Positions 38,770 through 59,100 of a stretch of 64,000 bases of DNA are shown one piece after another; position 1 is the first letter of the stretch, and each line of letters opens with the position of its first letter. The position numbers were made by a program, and so were the translations under genes. The DNA lies in NCBI RefSeq assembly GCF_009914755.1, contig NC_060933.1, one strand, 5' to 3'. This stretch comes from the human T2T-CHM13v2.0 reference genome, Homo sapiens. The notes beneath the pieces were generated by a model, which made no database searches, was not told where the DNA came from, and saw nothing but the letters and a program-made list of their open reading frames with translations.

Positions 38770-40440
38770 TCTAGTCTGGAATACTGCCATATTTTAGGAG
38801 CCCTGAGAATTAGTCTCTGAGATGGAGATTAAGTTGGTTAAGAAGTACGCTTGGGATCAATAACTGGGCAAGGAAATGGGAAAGAAGCAGGAAGGAGGAA
38901 GAAAAGTCAAGCTATTATGCAGACCCAACAAAAGTCTCAACTAACTTGGTGAGAAGTTCAGTAGCTTGAATAGCCCAGTAGCTCTTCAGGGTCATCCTAA
39001 AATTGGATTGGATGGCCCAAAACTTCTGTTTCAACATCAACCAATTATTAAGTATGGGCTTCTGCAAAAAAACAAAATACACAGTCATAGGCCAGGCAGC
39101 TCTCTAATAGCTGAGGCAATCCCCGAAGAGAGGTTTGTCTTCTGACAGCATTCTTGGCAGAAGGGTAGTAAGTCCTTCACTGAATGGAAAACTGGAAAAC
39201 TGGGGAGCCCATAATAGTAACTGCTATAGTCTATCTTTTGCAGCATTCTGCTTGACTTCTTCCTGCACATCCTGGGAACAGCTTTTCCAGAATTAGAGTT
39301 GAACCTCTACTTTTGAGGAAATTTAAAAAGGAAGATTCAAGGAGTACTCTATACTCCCCAAATGCAGCAGCTGGTGTGAGGATGCAAATGATTCTCATTG
39401 TTTCTCACTACTATTGTGTATTTTATATTTTCAATCTCCTCTAGCACCCCTGCTAATCATGGTGATTTATCTGGTCTCTGGCTCATGGAATCCCAAACCT
39501 ACTCATCATGACTCCCATTGACAAGAGTTTCTTCTCTTGTGTTTATTGTCACAAGTGAACAAAACAATTGCAATAAATGGTCTCTCAAACATATAATTAA
39601 CAGCACAGTTAATTACCAGTGCCATTTTTTTCTCTAGGTTATCTTAAATCAACACCACTGATAGTGTTAACAATTGGTTTGCTACTTTACAGTGGGTGCT
39701 ATATGTGCTCCCCTACTCCTCAATGATAACCAAAAGCTAAGTGATCAAGGTCCACAACATGATCTTAGTGCTTTATCAAACAAGTGTTGTAGTCTATGAT
39801 CTGCAAGAAGGTGACTCTCAAGTAGAGTTGGACATACAAGTTGCTTACTAGTAAGGGCATTTGAGATCAATATCTATGGAAGGGAAAAGAAAGAAGAAAA
39901 CTAGGCAGAAGCTGAACTATGCTACAAGCTCAACAGCACCTTTACTAATCCAGTCAAAATGGCTGTTAAGGGTTTGTCCTGTATTTGGTTCATTATAGTC
40001 AGTATTTTTTATTTGAGATGAGGTCTCGCTCTGTTGCCAAGCTGGAGTACAGTGGTGCGACCTCAGCTCACTGCAATCTCCGCCTCCTGGATTGAAGTGA
40101 TTCTCCTGCCTCAGCCTCCCAAGTAGCTGGGACTACAGGTGCCCACCACCATGGCTGGCTAATTTTTTTTTTCTTTTTGTATTTTTAGGAGAGACGAGAT
40201 TTCACCATATTGGCCAGGCTGGTATTGAACTCGTTATAGTCAGTACTTTATACTTCCATTTAGTAGTTGTTAGAGGTGAGCCAGCCTGGGAGACAGCACT
40301 ACCTTGAGCCAGGCTGAGGCAATCTTTGAAGATCCTTCAGAGATTAAGGTTTTCTGCTATCAGTATTATTTAATAGTTGGTGTCACAGGTCCTTCATTGA
40401 AGAGGAACCTATGTGGTACATTGCAGAATCCAACAGTTGT
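38770..40440. mobile_element. Two degenerate MLT1-type MaLR LTRs in the same orientation (~38770-39230 and ~39785-40440)
   Basis: Mutual similarity (GGGATCAATAACTGGGCAAGGAAATGGG vs GAGATCAATATCTATGGAAGGG; GCTGAGGCAATC in both). Confidence 0.55.
40005..40233 (-). mobile_element. 5'-truncated AluS
   Basis: TSD TTATAGTCAGTA at 39993-40004 / 40234-40245. Confidence 0.92.
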
Positions 40441-43150
40441 CATTAATAATAATAGCCCCATATTCAGACATATGATATTAAAATTTTAAATCCTTGGTTC
40501 ATTAATTAAGAAGTTTCAGGTAATATACAAGTTTATCTGAGTTTGGAAACAGTCTTAACCCTGGAAGTTTAAAAGCTTCCATGATTAGAAAATAAAATAA
40601 AAAATATTTAAATTACCCCATTCACATATAGTTGACATTTAGCAGGTATCAGATTAATGGTAGATTAACAAGATGATTAAGTAGTTAGTTAACATAATTA
40701 ATAGGTTTGGGTGCCCTTCATTAGATATAGGAGTCAATAAAATGGAGTACCTGTCACGGAATTTGCTTAGAGAGGAGGAAGAGACTTTTAAAATGTGTGA
40801 ACCAATGCATGGGGTGTAGTTATAAGTTCTATGGAGAAAAGAATAACACCAGAAGATAAACAAATGAGTAAACATTTGATGGACTCCTCATAAATATGTT
40901 CTAACTTTATACAAATGTTTTAAGAGTTACAGTAATTTTCATTTTATTGGTGAGAAACATAAGACCAAAAAAGTAAATAAATTGCTTGAAAATCACACAT
41001 TTAAGTGGTAAAGCCATCATTCAAAGCAAGATAACATAGGCTTTAACAGCCCAGCTCTTATATCTGTATTCCCATGTATGTCGCAGCACTATTCACAATA
41101 TCCAAGGCATGGGATCAGACTAAGTGGCCATCAGCTGATGAATGATGAAATAAAATGTGATATAAATACATAAGGAAATACTATTTAGCCCTAAAAGGAA
41201 GAAAATTATGTCATTTGCTGCAACATGGATGAACCTGGAGGACACCATGCTAAGTGAAAGAAGCCAAGCAAAGGCAGATAAATACTGCATGATCTCATAT
41301 GTTCTAATATGGTTTGTCTCTGTTCCACAAGCAAATCTCTTCTCAAATTGTAATCCCCATGTGTTGAAGGAGGGACATGGTGGGAGATGATTGGATCGTG
41401 GGGGCGGTTACCCCCATGCTGTGCTGGTGATAATGAGTTTTCATGAGACCTGGTGGTTTTGAAGTGTGGCATTTCTTCCCTCACACACTCTCTCTCTCCT
41501 GCTACCATGTGAAGAATGGCCTTGTTTCCCCTCACCTTCTGCCATGATTGTAAGTGTCCGGAAGCCTCCCCAGCCATGCAGAATGTGAGTCAAGTAAACC
41601 TTTTTTTTTTTTTTTCGTAAATTATCCAGTCTCAAGTTGTTTTTTATAGCAATGTGAAAACAAACTAATACCAAAAAAAAAATGGTATCAGAAGTTGTGT
41701 ATTGCTTTAAAGATACCTAAAAATGTGGAAGTGACTTTGGAAATGGGTAATGGGCAGAAGTTGGAAAGGTTTGAAAGTCTCAGAAGAAGACAGATGAGGA
41801 AAAATTGGAAACTCCCTAGAGACTTGTTGAATGTATTTGACCAAAATGCTGATAGTGATATAGACAATGAACTCCAGGTTGGGATGGTCTTGGATGGGGT
41901 TGAGGAACTTATTGGGAACTAGAGCAAAGGTCACTCTTGATATGCTTTAGCAAAGAGAGTGACAGCATTTTTCCCCTGCCATAGGGATGTATGGAACTTT
42001 GAACTTGAGAGAGATGATTTAAGGTATCTGGCAGAAGAAACTTTTAAGCAGCAAAACATTCAAGATGTAACCTGGCTTTTTCTGAAAATATATAGTCATA
42101 TGCATTCACAAAAAGATGACCTGAAATTGGAACTTATGTTTAAAAGGGAAGCAGAGCATAAAAGTTTGGAAAATTTGCAGCGTGACCATGCAGTAGAAAA
42201 GAAAAACCCATTTTCTGGGAAGAAATTCAAGCTACCTGCAGAAATGTGCATAAGTAATGAGGAGCCAAATGTAAATATCCAAGACAATAGGGAAAATGTT
42301 TCCAGGGCATTTCGGAGTTCTTGACAGTAGCCCCTCTCATCACAGGCCCGGAGGCTTGGGAGGCAAATATAGTTTTGTGGGCCAGGCCAAGGGCCCTGCC
42401 ATTCTGTGCAGCCTTGGGACATGGTACCCTGCATCCCAGCTGCTGCAGCTGCACCCACGGCTAAAAGGGGCCAAGGTACAGCTCAAGCCATTACTTCAGA
42501 GGGTACAAGCCCCAAGACTTGGTGGCTTCCATGTGGTGTTGGTCCTGCAGGTGTACAGAAGACAAGAGTTGAGCTTTGAAAGCCTCTGTCTAGATTTCAG
42601 AGGTGTATGGAAATGCCTGGATATCCAGGCAGAAGTCTGCTGCAGGGGTGGAGCACTCATGGAGAATATCTATCAGGTAACACAGGGAAAATGTGGGATT
42701 GGAGTCCCCACACAAAGTTCCTACTGGGGTACTGCCTAGTGCAGCTATGAGAACTGGGCTACCATCCTCCTGCTCTAGCATGATAGATCCACTGACAGCT
42801 TGCACTGTGCACCTGGAAAAACCACAGATACTCAATGCCAGCCCATGAAGGAGCTGCCCAAAGTCTTGGGAATCCACCCCTTGCATCAGTGTGCTCTGCA
42901 TGTGAGACATGGAGTCAAAAGAGATCATTTTGAAGCTTTAAGATTTAATGGTTGCCCTGTCAGCTTTCAGAGTTGCGTGTGGTCCCTGACCCCTTTGTTT
43001 AGGACAATTTTTCCCATTTCGAATGGACACATTTACCCATTGCCCTTACCCCCATTGTATTTTGGAAGTAACTAACTTGATTTTGGTTTTACAGGCTCAT
43101 AGGTGGAAGGGACTTGCCTTGTTCAGATGAGACTTTGGACATGAACTTTT

Positions 43151-44757
<1,607 letters not shown>

Positions 44758-44824
44758 TGGACATGAACTTTTGAGTTAATGCTGAAATGAGTTAAGACTT
44801 TGGGGGATGGTTGGGAGGACATAA

Positions 44825-45085
<261 letters not shown>

Positions 45086-45982
45086 TGAAAAGAACATTAG
45101 ATTTGGGAGAGGGTGGGGTGGAATTATATGGTTTGGCTCTGCACCCAAATCTCATCTTGAATTGTAATTCCCACATTGTGAGGGAGGGACCTGTTGGGAG
45201 GTGACTGGATCATGGGGGCAGTTTCCCCCATGCTGTTCTTTTGATAGTGAGTGAGCTCTCACAAGAGCTGGTGGTTTTATGATGTGACACTTTCCTCCTT
45301 GCACCCTCTCTCCTGTCACCATGTGAAGAAGGTGGTTGTTTCCCCTTCACCTTCTACCATGACTAAGTATCCTGAGGCTTCCCTAGCCATATGGAACTAT
45401 GAGTCAATTAAATCTCTTTTCTTTATAAATTACCCAGTCTCACATAGTTCTTCTTAGCATTGTGAAATTGGACTAATCCATATGTATAATTTAAAAAGTT
45501 GAACTCATAGAAGTAGAGAGTGAAATGGCATTTACCAAAGCCAAGAGAAGGGAACAAATGAGGCGATGTTCATCAAAGGGAAAAATGTTTCAGTTAGGCA
45601 GGAAGAATAAATTTTTGACAACCTTTGCGAGCAGGGTGATTGTATTTTGTCATAATATATTGTACATTTCAAAATTGCTGATAATAAATTTTATATATAT
45701 TACCACAAAAAGATGGGTGAGGTCGTGAATATGTTAATTAGCTTGAATTTCATTCCATATTGTATACATATATCAAAATATCACATTGTACCCCATAAAT
45801 ATATACAACTATAAGTTCTCAATTAAAAATAATATTGATTAACAAATACTAGCGTTAACAACTACAAATATTAGACGTAGTGGATTTGGAATAATCACAA
45901 AAGTTCATAAATGCTGTTTCAGTTATAATATACATTAACATTTGAGTTTCCTGTGCTGTTGAGGTTTGATTAACGCTACTGA

Positions 45983-46280
<298 letters not shown>

Positions 46281-47206
46281 GCTACAGTTTAATACCAGTA
46301 AAATGACAACTCTTTTACTGCTTTGTATAAAAAATATACCTGTCTATTATCATATGATAAGATATATATGTGTTGTATAAGATATATAGATATAATAGCA
46401 TGGGAACATTAAGGTATGTATTAATGTGTAGCAAATATACATGTATGAATGTGTTGTTGGCTCTGTGTGTTTGTATGTATGTGACGGGTTAGGAGAGAGA
46501 AATATGAAATCCTGGAATGCACAATATCAGGATATCATTAATGCTATTTTGGCACTATATGAGGAGGCATGGGTTACTTATTAAAATATCAGTTCAACTA
46601 TTAGAGATAAAGAGACTATGATTACTGATAAATTTTCACATTATAGCAATTATTTCAAATAACCTATTGAAACTGGTTTCTTAAATTCCATTGCTATTTA
46701 TAAGGAATCACAGCTTGTATCAGTTAGAGTTAGCTCTTTTGTGTGGGAGAAGAGCAAGTAAAAGTCAAATTATTCACAAAAAGAAGGTCTCATGAGGATT
46801 TTTTAAATGATAGAATTTACAGAATTTTTCTTATAGTCATAAAGTATTGACTAAAGAAAAAACTGTTGCTAAGCAACACCTCCACTGCCCCTACCCACTG
46901 CCTTATTTAGTTTCATGTGCAAATTCACTGAATAAGTGTCTTTGCCAAATTTTTTTAACAAAATATGCCCAAATAAAAATGAAACCCACCATCTAGCCAA
47001 ACAGAAAGCTCAGGAAAACGTATTACTATCTACTGTCGTTATTACCTGAAAACTCAGCTTGCAAATTTGTCATACAGAATACACAAATTTGGTTAATTAT
47101 TTTTTTTGGGCAGTTTTCCAGTTCATGGATTTCAGTCAGTAATTTAACCTTCTCTAGCTCCAAATACTGTGTCCCTTTGTTTCTACCTAAAAAACGAGAA
47201 AAACAT

Positions 47207-47511
47207 CCGGGGCACAGTGGCTCAAGCCTGTAATCCCAGCACTTTGGGAGGCCAAGGCGAGTGAATCACGAGATCAGGAGTTCGAGAACAGCCTGGCCAA
47301 CATGGTGAAACCCCAACTCTACTAAAGATACAAAAAATTAGCTGGGCGTGGTGGCAGGCCCCTGTAATCCCAGCTACTAGGGAGGCTGAGGCAGGAGAAT
47401 CATTTGAATCCAGGAGGCAGAGGTGGCAGCGAACTGAGATCATGCCACTGCACTCCAGCCCGGGTGACAGTGCAAGACTCTGTCTCAAAAAAAAAAAAAA
47501 AAAAAAAAAAA
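47207..47511 (+). mobile_element. AluS (Sc/Sg-like)
   Basis: Full dimer with a 25-nt polyA. Confidence 0.92.
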
Positions 47512-47999
47512 GAGAGAGAAACTTTTCTTTCAGTGCTCTTTCATTAAATAAAGTGTCATTTTGATTTTGAAGTAGAATGAGTGATACCTTATAGTCTGTG
47601 CCAAATGTTTGATTGCATTGAACATAATTTGATCAACATATTTGGTGCTTTGTTATTACAAATGACTTGTCTAACAAAAATGATAGAAATTAATGCATAA
47701 TGATGGTTTTGAGAGTAGAGTTTTCAAGTCTGACTATCCTTAGATAAAACTTAGAGAATGCCTGATAAATTGAAAAAAATAACATAACATAGAAAATTAA
47801 ATAAACCAAAATTCACCAGTAGTAATTTTTCTCCACTATTTATCATATAAGTATTAACATTCAAAATAGCCATGTGGTTATGTTAAACTTTCAGGAAATG
47901 GCAAAAAAAATCTTATTGGCAGATTATATTAGTTTATGTTCATTCAGTAAAGTTCACAAATCTTAACTACACAGCTGATATGTATTTGCAAAGGAAGAC

Positions 48000-49130
48000 A
48001 CTCATCACCGCTGAGATCAATCTGTAACTTACAATATGTTTCCCTCCCTGTCTATTCTTCCAGAAAAATAAGCATAATTTTTATTTCAGTTGCCATCTGT
48101 CAGTTTTTTTTTTCTGTTTTCAACTTGGAATAATTCAGCAAGTTATATTTTGAGTCAGCATTCAATCTATGATATTCATCTAAGTATTCCATGTTTTTGG
48201 ACTGTAACAGTAGTCAGACCTCTTTTTCAATTCTGTGTAATATTTTCTCCTTTGGAGTATACCATAGTTTACACATTTTTGCAGTGGCAGAAATTGGATG
48301 ATTTCTAGTTGCGTAATTTGCTATATTAATTGCTGTAATGACCCTAGTTTTTCACACCTGTCTGTATTCATGTTCTTTCATACTGTCCCTCCAATACAGA
48401 TATTCTTGGTAGAGAGACCTGCTCTGGCCAATTGGAGAGTAGCAAGTGTAATACACTTAAGAAAACTGAAAAAGTACCTGTGCATTTCATCTTTCGTGGA
48501 TCTCTACCCTCTAACATGTCACAAGAACATACCTAGCTTGGATGGTTGATAAATGTGAAAAGTATATGGAAAATGGCTGAGGCCATCCTAAACTAGCCAA
48601 GAGTATGTGAACACTTATATGCCAGACAGCCGAGTCTGGAAACTGAGCTGTCCACCTGATGTACAATTAAACTGTTGATGTTGAGTGAGCTCAGACAAGG
48701 CCATAAGTGAGGGTACTAAGTTTTGGAGTGGTTTGTTACAGCCCCAATACTAAGTAATACAGACTGCATTGTAACAGCCACAGACATTGTAGCATGTCTT
48801 TTTAGTCTACATATTTACTCACATTGAATAAATACCTAAGAGTAGAATTTTTAGAATGTACATATATGCAGTTCTGCCACATACTATTAAGCAATTTCCT
48901 CAAGTGTTTGTACTCATTTACATTCTCATCAACAGTGATGGAGAGTATTGGTTACATCATTCCATTAAAAAAAATTTTAGCTATTTTGGTAGGTTTATTG
49001 TGGTATTTCATTGTAATTTTAATTTGCATATCTCTGTGAATAATTATTTAAAATACCTTTACTTTAGAATTTTGGTCATTTGATCATCCTCTTTTGTGAA
49101 GTGTCTGTAAAAGTTTTTTGTCCTTTTCTT
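48000..49130 (-). mobile_element. Old L1ME-like antisense fragment with a probable MLT1 LTR remnant at ~48330-48765
   Basis: L1ME-like AAATACCTAAGAGTAGAATT...TTTCATTGTAATTTTAATTTGCAT; MLT1-like end ACTAAGTTTTGGAGTGGTTTGTTAC...TAATACA. Confidence 0.55.
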
Positions 49131-49136
49131 AAAATA

Positions 49137-52161
<3,025 letters not shown>

Positions 52162-55100
52162 AACTCATCTTTTTTTTAATGGCTGCATAGTATTCCATGG
52201 TGTATATGTGCCACATGTTCTTAATCCAGTCTATCATTGATGGACACTTGGGTTGATTCCAAGTCTGATTCCAAGTCTTTGCTATTTTGAATAGTGCCAC
52301 AACAAACATATGTGTGCATGTATCATAGCAGCATGATTTATAATCCTTTGGGTGTATGCCCAGTAATGGGACGACTGGGTCAAATGGTATTTCTATTTCT
52401 AGATCCTTGAGGAACCGCCACCCTGTCTTCCACAATGGTTGAACTAGTTAACAGTTCCATCAACAGTGTAAAAGTGTTCCTATTTCTCCACATCCTCTTC
52501 AGCACCTGTTGTTTCCTGACTTTTTAATGATCACCATTCTAACTGGTGTGAGATGGTATCTCATTATGGTTTTGATTTGCATTTCTCTGATGGCCAGTGA
52601 TGATGAGCATTTTTTCATGTGTCTTTTGGCTGCATAAATGTCTTCTTTTGAGAAGTGTCTGTTCATATTCTTTGTGCACTTTTTGATGGGGTTGTTTGAT
52701 TTTTTTCTCATAAATTTGTTAAAGTTCTTTGTAGATTCTGGATATTAGCCCTTTGTCAGATGGGTAGATTGTAAAAATTTTCTCCCATTTTTTCGGTTGC
52801 CTGTTCACTCTGATGGTTGTTTCTTTTGCTGTGCAGAAGTTCTTTAGTTTAATTAGATCCCATTTGTCAGTTTTGGCTTTTGTTGCCATTGCTTTTGGTG
52901 TTTTAGATATGATGTCCTTGCCCATGCCTATGTCCTGAATGGTACTGCCTAGGTTTTCTTCTAGAGTCTTTATGGTTTTAGGTCTAATATTTAAGTCTTT
53001 AATCCATCTTGAATTAATTTTTGTATAAGGTGTAATGAAGGGATCCAGTTTCAGCTTCCTACTTATGGCTAGCCAGTTTTCCCAGCACCATTTATTAAAT
53101 AGGGAATCCTTTCCCCATTTCTTGTTTTTGTCAGGTTTGTCAAAATCAGATGGCTGTAGATGTGTGGTATCATTTCTGAGGGCTCTATTCTGTTCCATTG
53201 GTCTATATCTCTGTGTTGGTACCAGTACTATGCTGTTTTGGTTACTGTAGTCTTGTAGTATAGTTTGAAGTCAGGTAGCATAATGCCTCCAGCTTTGTTC
53301 TTTTGGCTTAGGATTGTCTTGGAAATGCGGGCTCTTTTTTGGTTCCATGTGAACTTTAAAGTAGTTTTTTTCCAATTCTGTGAAGAAAGTCATTGGTAGC
53401 TTGATGGGGATGGCATTGAATCTATAAATGACCTTGGTCAATATGGCCATTTTCACTATATTGATTGTTCCTATCCATGAGCATGGAATGTTCTTCCATT
53501 TGCTTGTGTCCTCTTTTATTTCGTTGAGCAGTGGTTAGTAGTTCTCCCTGAAGAAGTCCTTCACATGCCTTCTAACTTGGATTCCTAGATATTTTATTCT
53601 CTTTGAAGCAATTGTGAATGGGAGTTCACTCATGATTTGGCTCTCTGCTTGTCTGTTATTGGTGTATAGGAATGCTTGTGATTTTTGCACATCAATTTTG
53701 TATCCTGAGACTTTGCTGAAGTTGCTTATCAGCTTAAGGAGATTTGGGGCTGAGATAATGGGGTTTTCTAAATAAACAATCATGACATCTGAAAACAGGG
53801 AGAATTTGACTTCCTGTTTTTCCAGTTGAATACCCTTTATTTCTTTCTCTTGCCTGATTGCCCCTGCCAGAACTTCCAACACTATGTTGAATAGGAGTGG
53901 TGGGAGAGGGCATCCCTGTCTTGTGCCAGTTTTCAAAGGGAATGCTTCCAGTTTTTTCCCATTCAGTATGATATTGGCTATGGGTTTGTCATAAATAGCT
54001 CTTATTATTTTGAGATACGTCCCATCAGTACCTAATTTATTGAGTGTTTTTAGCATGAAGGGCAGTTGAATTTTGTCAAAGGCCTTTTTGGCATCTATTG
54101 AGAGAACCATGTGGTTTTTGACTTTGGTTCTCTTTATATGATGGATTACATTTATTGATTTGTGTCTTTTGAACAAGCCTTGCGTCCCAGGGATGAAGCC
54201 AAATTGATCGTTGTAGATAAGCTTTTTGATGTGCTGCTGGATTCAGTTTGCCAGTATTTTATGAAGGATTTTTGCATCAGTGTTCATCAGGGATATTGGT
54301 CTAAAATTATCTTTTTTAGTTGTGTCTCTGCCAGGCTTTGGTATCTGGATAATGTTGGCCTCATAAAATGAATTATGGAGGATTACCTCTTTTTCTATTG
54401 ATTCGAATAGTTTCAGAAGGAATGGTACCAGCTCCTCTTTGTACATCTGGTAGAATTTGTCTGGTCCTGGACTTTTTTTGGTTGGTAGCCTCTTAATTAT
54501 TGCCTCAATTTCAGAACCTGTTACGGGTCTATTCAGGGATTCAACTTCTTGATTTAGTCTTGGGAGGGTGTATATGTCCAGGAATTTATCCATTTCTTCT
54601 AGATTTTCTAGTTTATTTGCATAGAGGTGTTTATAATATTCTCTGATGGTATTTTGTATTTCTGTGGGATCAGTGGTGATATTCCCTTTATCATTTTTAT
54701 TGCATCTATTTGATTCTTCTCTCTTTTCTTCTTTATTAGTCTTGCTAGCGGTCTATCAATTTTGTTGATGTTTTGAAAAACCAGCTCCTGGATTCATTGA
54801 TTTTTTGAAAGGTTTTTTGTGCTTCTATCTCCTTCAGTTCTGCTCTGATCTTAGTTATTTCTTGCCTTCTGCTAGCTTTTGAATTTGTTTCCTCTTGCTT
54901 CTCTAGTTCTTTCAATTCTGATGTTAGGGTGTCAATTTTAGATCTTTCCTTCTTTCTCTTGTGGGCATTTAGTGCTATAAATTTCCCTCTACACACTGCT
55001 TTATATGTGTCCCAGAGATTCTGGTATGTTGTGTCTTTGTTCTCATTGGTTTCAAAGAACATCTTTATTTCTGCCTTCATTTCGTTATGTACCCAGTAGT

Positions 55101-55504
55101 CATTCAGGAGCAGGTTGTTAAATTTCCATGTAGTTGAGCTGTTTTGAGTGAGTTTCTTAGTCCTGAGTTCTAGTTTGATTGCACTGTGGTCTGAGAGACA
55201 GTTTGTTATAATTTGTGTTCTTTTACATTTGCTGAGGAGTGCTTTACTTCCAACTATGTGGTCCATTTTGGAATAAGTGTGATGTGCTGAGAAGAATGTA
55301 TATTCTGTTGGTTTGGGGTGGAGAGTTCTGTAGTTGTCTATTAGGTCCACTTGGTGCAGAGCTGAGTTCAGTTCCTGCATATGCTTGTTAACTTTCTGTC
55401 TCGTTGATCTGTCTAATGTTGACAGTGGGGTGTTAAGATCTCCCATTATTACTGTGTGGGAGTCTTAAGTCTTTTTGTAGTTCTCTAAGGACTTGCTTTA
55501 TGAA
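52162..55504 (-). mobile_element. L1PA5-7-like LINE-1 (copy B), 5'-truncated in the endonuclease domain and lacking its own 3' ~310 nt
   Basis: ORF2 fragments from GDLNTPLS / SDHSAIKL (EN domain) through RT to YYAAIKK; multiple frameshifts. Confidence 0.92.
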
Positions 55505-55879
55505 GTAATTGTCCTTATATTATTGTTTTGTAGGAAGTTTATATATGTTGGTTATAAGACCCGTGTTCAATGTCTTCTCTCGTCTGTGGTTTGACTTTCA
55601 AACTTGCAATTGTGCCTTTAATTTTATGTATTTATTGTTAAGAAAGTTACATGTATAAATATTTCTTATCATAGTTAGTTTTTTTGTGTGTTTCGTGTAA
55701 TACATTTCTGCCTATTACCAAATCAGAAGGATAACCTCATTTTAAGAACTTTTTTTAGCTTTTCTATTTAAATCTATGAATTAACAGAAATTGTTTTTGT
55801 AAATCATGTGACATATTTAAACTTTCATTCTTGTTACATGGGAGGAATCCCATTGATTCATACCCTCTATTGGTATAAA

Positions 55880-56172
55880 TTTTTGTTTTTGTTTTCGTAT
55901 TGAGACAGGGTCTGGCTCTGTCATATAGGCTGGAGTGCAGTGGCAGGATCTTGGCTCATTGCAACCTTCACCTGCCGGATTGAAATGATTCTCCCATCTC
56001 AGCTTCCCAGGTAGCTGGGACCACAGGTGTGTGCCACCACGTTTGGCTGTTTTTTTGTAGAGACAGGGTATCACCATATAGCCCAGGCTTGTCTCAAACT
56101 CTTGAGCTCAAGCAATATACCCGCCTCAGCATCCCAAAGTGCTGGGATTACAGGCGTGAGCCACCAAGCCCA
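55880..56172 (-). mobile_element. AluJ
   Basis: GACAGGGTCTGGCTCTG and CTCAAACTCTTGAGCTCAAGCAAT, J-type diagnostics. Confidence 0.9.
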
Positions 56173-59100
56173 ACTTTCCAATTGTTTAATAAACCTTAGC
56201 AATGATTACAATTACACACTAAATTTTCTACTGAATCTCTGAGCATGAGGGTATTATTGAAAATCCTTGACAAAGCCATCATTTCTCACTGCATTGCCAT
56301 TGCTACTTCGACATACATTGGGTGATTGTTTATGATTATGCTTTTAAAATCATTATTAGATTTCGTTGATCCATTTTTCTATCACAGAAATAGTTTTCAT
56401 TTTATTTGTAGTTGTATAATAAAATGTAGCTTCGTGGTAGGTCCCAATTTCATATAGTCTTATAATAAAAACTTGATATCTGTTACTGTAAGGACTCCAG
56501 CTTTGTTCTTGGCCTTTCTACCTCAGATTTGTTTGACCCTTCATCATGTGATTTTATAAAATCCATTTATTAAGTCTAGTAATTTATATGTATGTATTAA
56601 AAATTATCTGGGATTAAAATTATGCTACTAGAAGTAATGACAGTTGTATTTCTTCTATTCCAATATTAGTACATTTTTTTTTCCTTGATTGACTAGTTCC
56701 TTCAGTACAATGTTGAATACATATAGTTATGGTAGACATTATTGTTTTGTTCCAGATCTTGAAAGAACACGTACCACGTTTCACCATGTTAGTAATTTTC
56801 ATTGTACATTGAAGAATATACCTTCTATTTCTGACTGAGATATTTTATAAACTATTTTTTTTATTTATTTAAAATGCATTTACTTCACCTATTGAAAAAA
56901 TTAGATGACATTTTATTCTTTTGCTGGTTAAGGGGGGGAATTACACTGATTATATTCAAATATTAAATCACACTTTCATTCCATGAATTAATCATATTTA
57001 TATTGATGTATCCCTTTTATGTATTTCTGCTGGCATTTTACTAATATTTGGTAAGAATTATTGTATTCCCTTTGTTGTTGTGAAAGATACTAGTTTCTGG
57101 TTCTTATCTCTTGTAAATTTTTAAGATTTTTTTCATCAAGGTAATGCTGGAATTATAAAATGTGAGAAAGAAATTCTGCTTTTTAATTTTGCAATGTTAA
57201 TGTTATTTCTTTCTTAAATATCTGAGAAAACCTCAGCCATGAAGACATCTTGAACTGGAATTTGTGGGAAGAATTTAAATTATGGGTGAAATTTCTTAGT
57301 GAATATAAAACTATATTTTTAAATGTCTTCTCATCTCAGTTTTGCTAGCTAACTTTAAAAATAAATTTGTATATTGTATTCAAATTTTAAAATTTATTGC
57401 AAACTGGTTATTAATATTATATTTTCATTGTGTTCTTAATATCTGTAGTATTTACAATGAGTTCTCCTCTTTCAGCCGTTAGTTGATTTTTTTATATTCA
57501 CTCATTTTTGCTGATTATTACTAGTTATCCCTCACTATTAAAAATTATTTTCATACAACCAATGTTTTCATCGATAATTTTCTCTTTTATACCCACTTCA
57601 GCTTGCTTTTGATTAGTGCTACAATGGAAATTTTTTTCTAGTCTTTTATTAAAACTTATTTTTATCTTTATATTTTAAGTGTGTTTTTGTTGGCAAAATA
57701 TGGGTTAGTCTTGCTTCCTTCTTTTTAATCCAATGTGCCAATTTCTGCCTTTTAACTTGGTGTTTAAACATGTGTATTTAATATGATTATAGACATGGTT
57801 AGGTTTAGGTCTATAATCTTGCTGTTTAATTCCTAAATTTACTTTTTTCTCCTTCTTTTTCTTTCTGAGATTTTTTCATTTTAATAACCCCACCTTATTA
57901 TTTGTTAGATTTGTAGCTGTTTGTTCCATCACTTTAATAGTTATTTTAGAATTTATAGTTATATAACTAGCATAGTAGGATTTATAGGAATATTACTGTA
58001 AATTATTGCTATCTTTAAGTGGTATCTTATCAGTTCACACGTAATGTAAGACCCTTATAGTATTATATTTTCATTTATCTTCCCCATCTTTTCTTTCATT
58101 GTTGCCATACATTTCACTTTTACATATTATAAATCCCGCACTACAATGTTAATTCATTTACACATATATTTATATTTTAAACAGCTCTAAATAATTAGCC
58201 AAAATCTTATAAATTTAGTTGTGTGATGATTATTTCCAATGTCCTTTATTCCTTTGTGTAGATCACATTTCTGTATGTTATTTTGCTTTTCTGCCTGAAG
58301 AACTTTCTTTAACATTTATTGTAGTGTGTGTTAGCAAGTGATTGGTTTGTCCCTTGTATGCCTCAAAACTCTTTATTTACTCCTTAAAAAAAACGCACTT
58401 TGGGGATAACATTCTAGGTTGGATGTTATATTTTTCTTTTCAGTACTTTGCAGATGCTATTCCATTGTCACCTTTCTTGTGTTGTTCTAACAAGTAATAA
58501 CCTATCATCCATTACTTCCTTCTGCATATAAATTTTTCTTCTATTGATTCTTTAAAAATTGTTCTCTTTATCACTGGTTTTGAGCAGTTATGATATGAAC
58601 CCTAGTATTTTTGTTTCTTTGTTTTGATTCTTTGGTTGGAATTTTTGTTGGGGTTCTTTGTTGTATGGAGTTGTAGTTTTCATCAAATTTTGAATATTCT
58701 TGGTCATTTTTTTCTTTCAAATAGATATCGTTAGCTTCAAGTTTGTACTCTTCTCTCTTTTCTAGGACATGGATTACTTTAAGTGTAGTAGGGCCCTTAA
58801 TCTTGTCTCACCATTAACTAATACACTGTTCATTCTCTGTCGTCTTTCTGCTTCGTTTTGAGTAGGTTCTATTATTATAACTTCAAATTTTCTTCTTCTG
58901 AAATGCCTAATGTGTTTCTGACCCCATCCAGTAACTTTTTTGTCTTAACATATGGTAGTTTTTATTTTTATAAGTTAAATTATTCTTTTAAAATGTATTG
59001 TAAGTTTCTACTTAATTTTTTGAAAGTTAGAATAACTTTTGCTAATAACTTTTGATGTAATTCTAATATTTATGTAATATCTAGTTCAATTTTAATTGAT

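Noticed and set aside
41380-41400. DUX4 site in the THE1 LTRs
   Set aside because: Both LTR copies (TGATTGGATCG; TGACTGGATCA) deviate from the TAAYYYAATCA-type consensus.
41695-43075. Cluster of 75-147-aa ORFs
   Set aside because: Broken THE1 internal ORF remnants.
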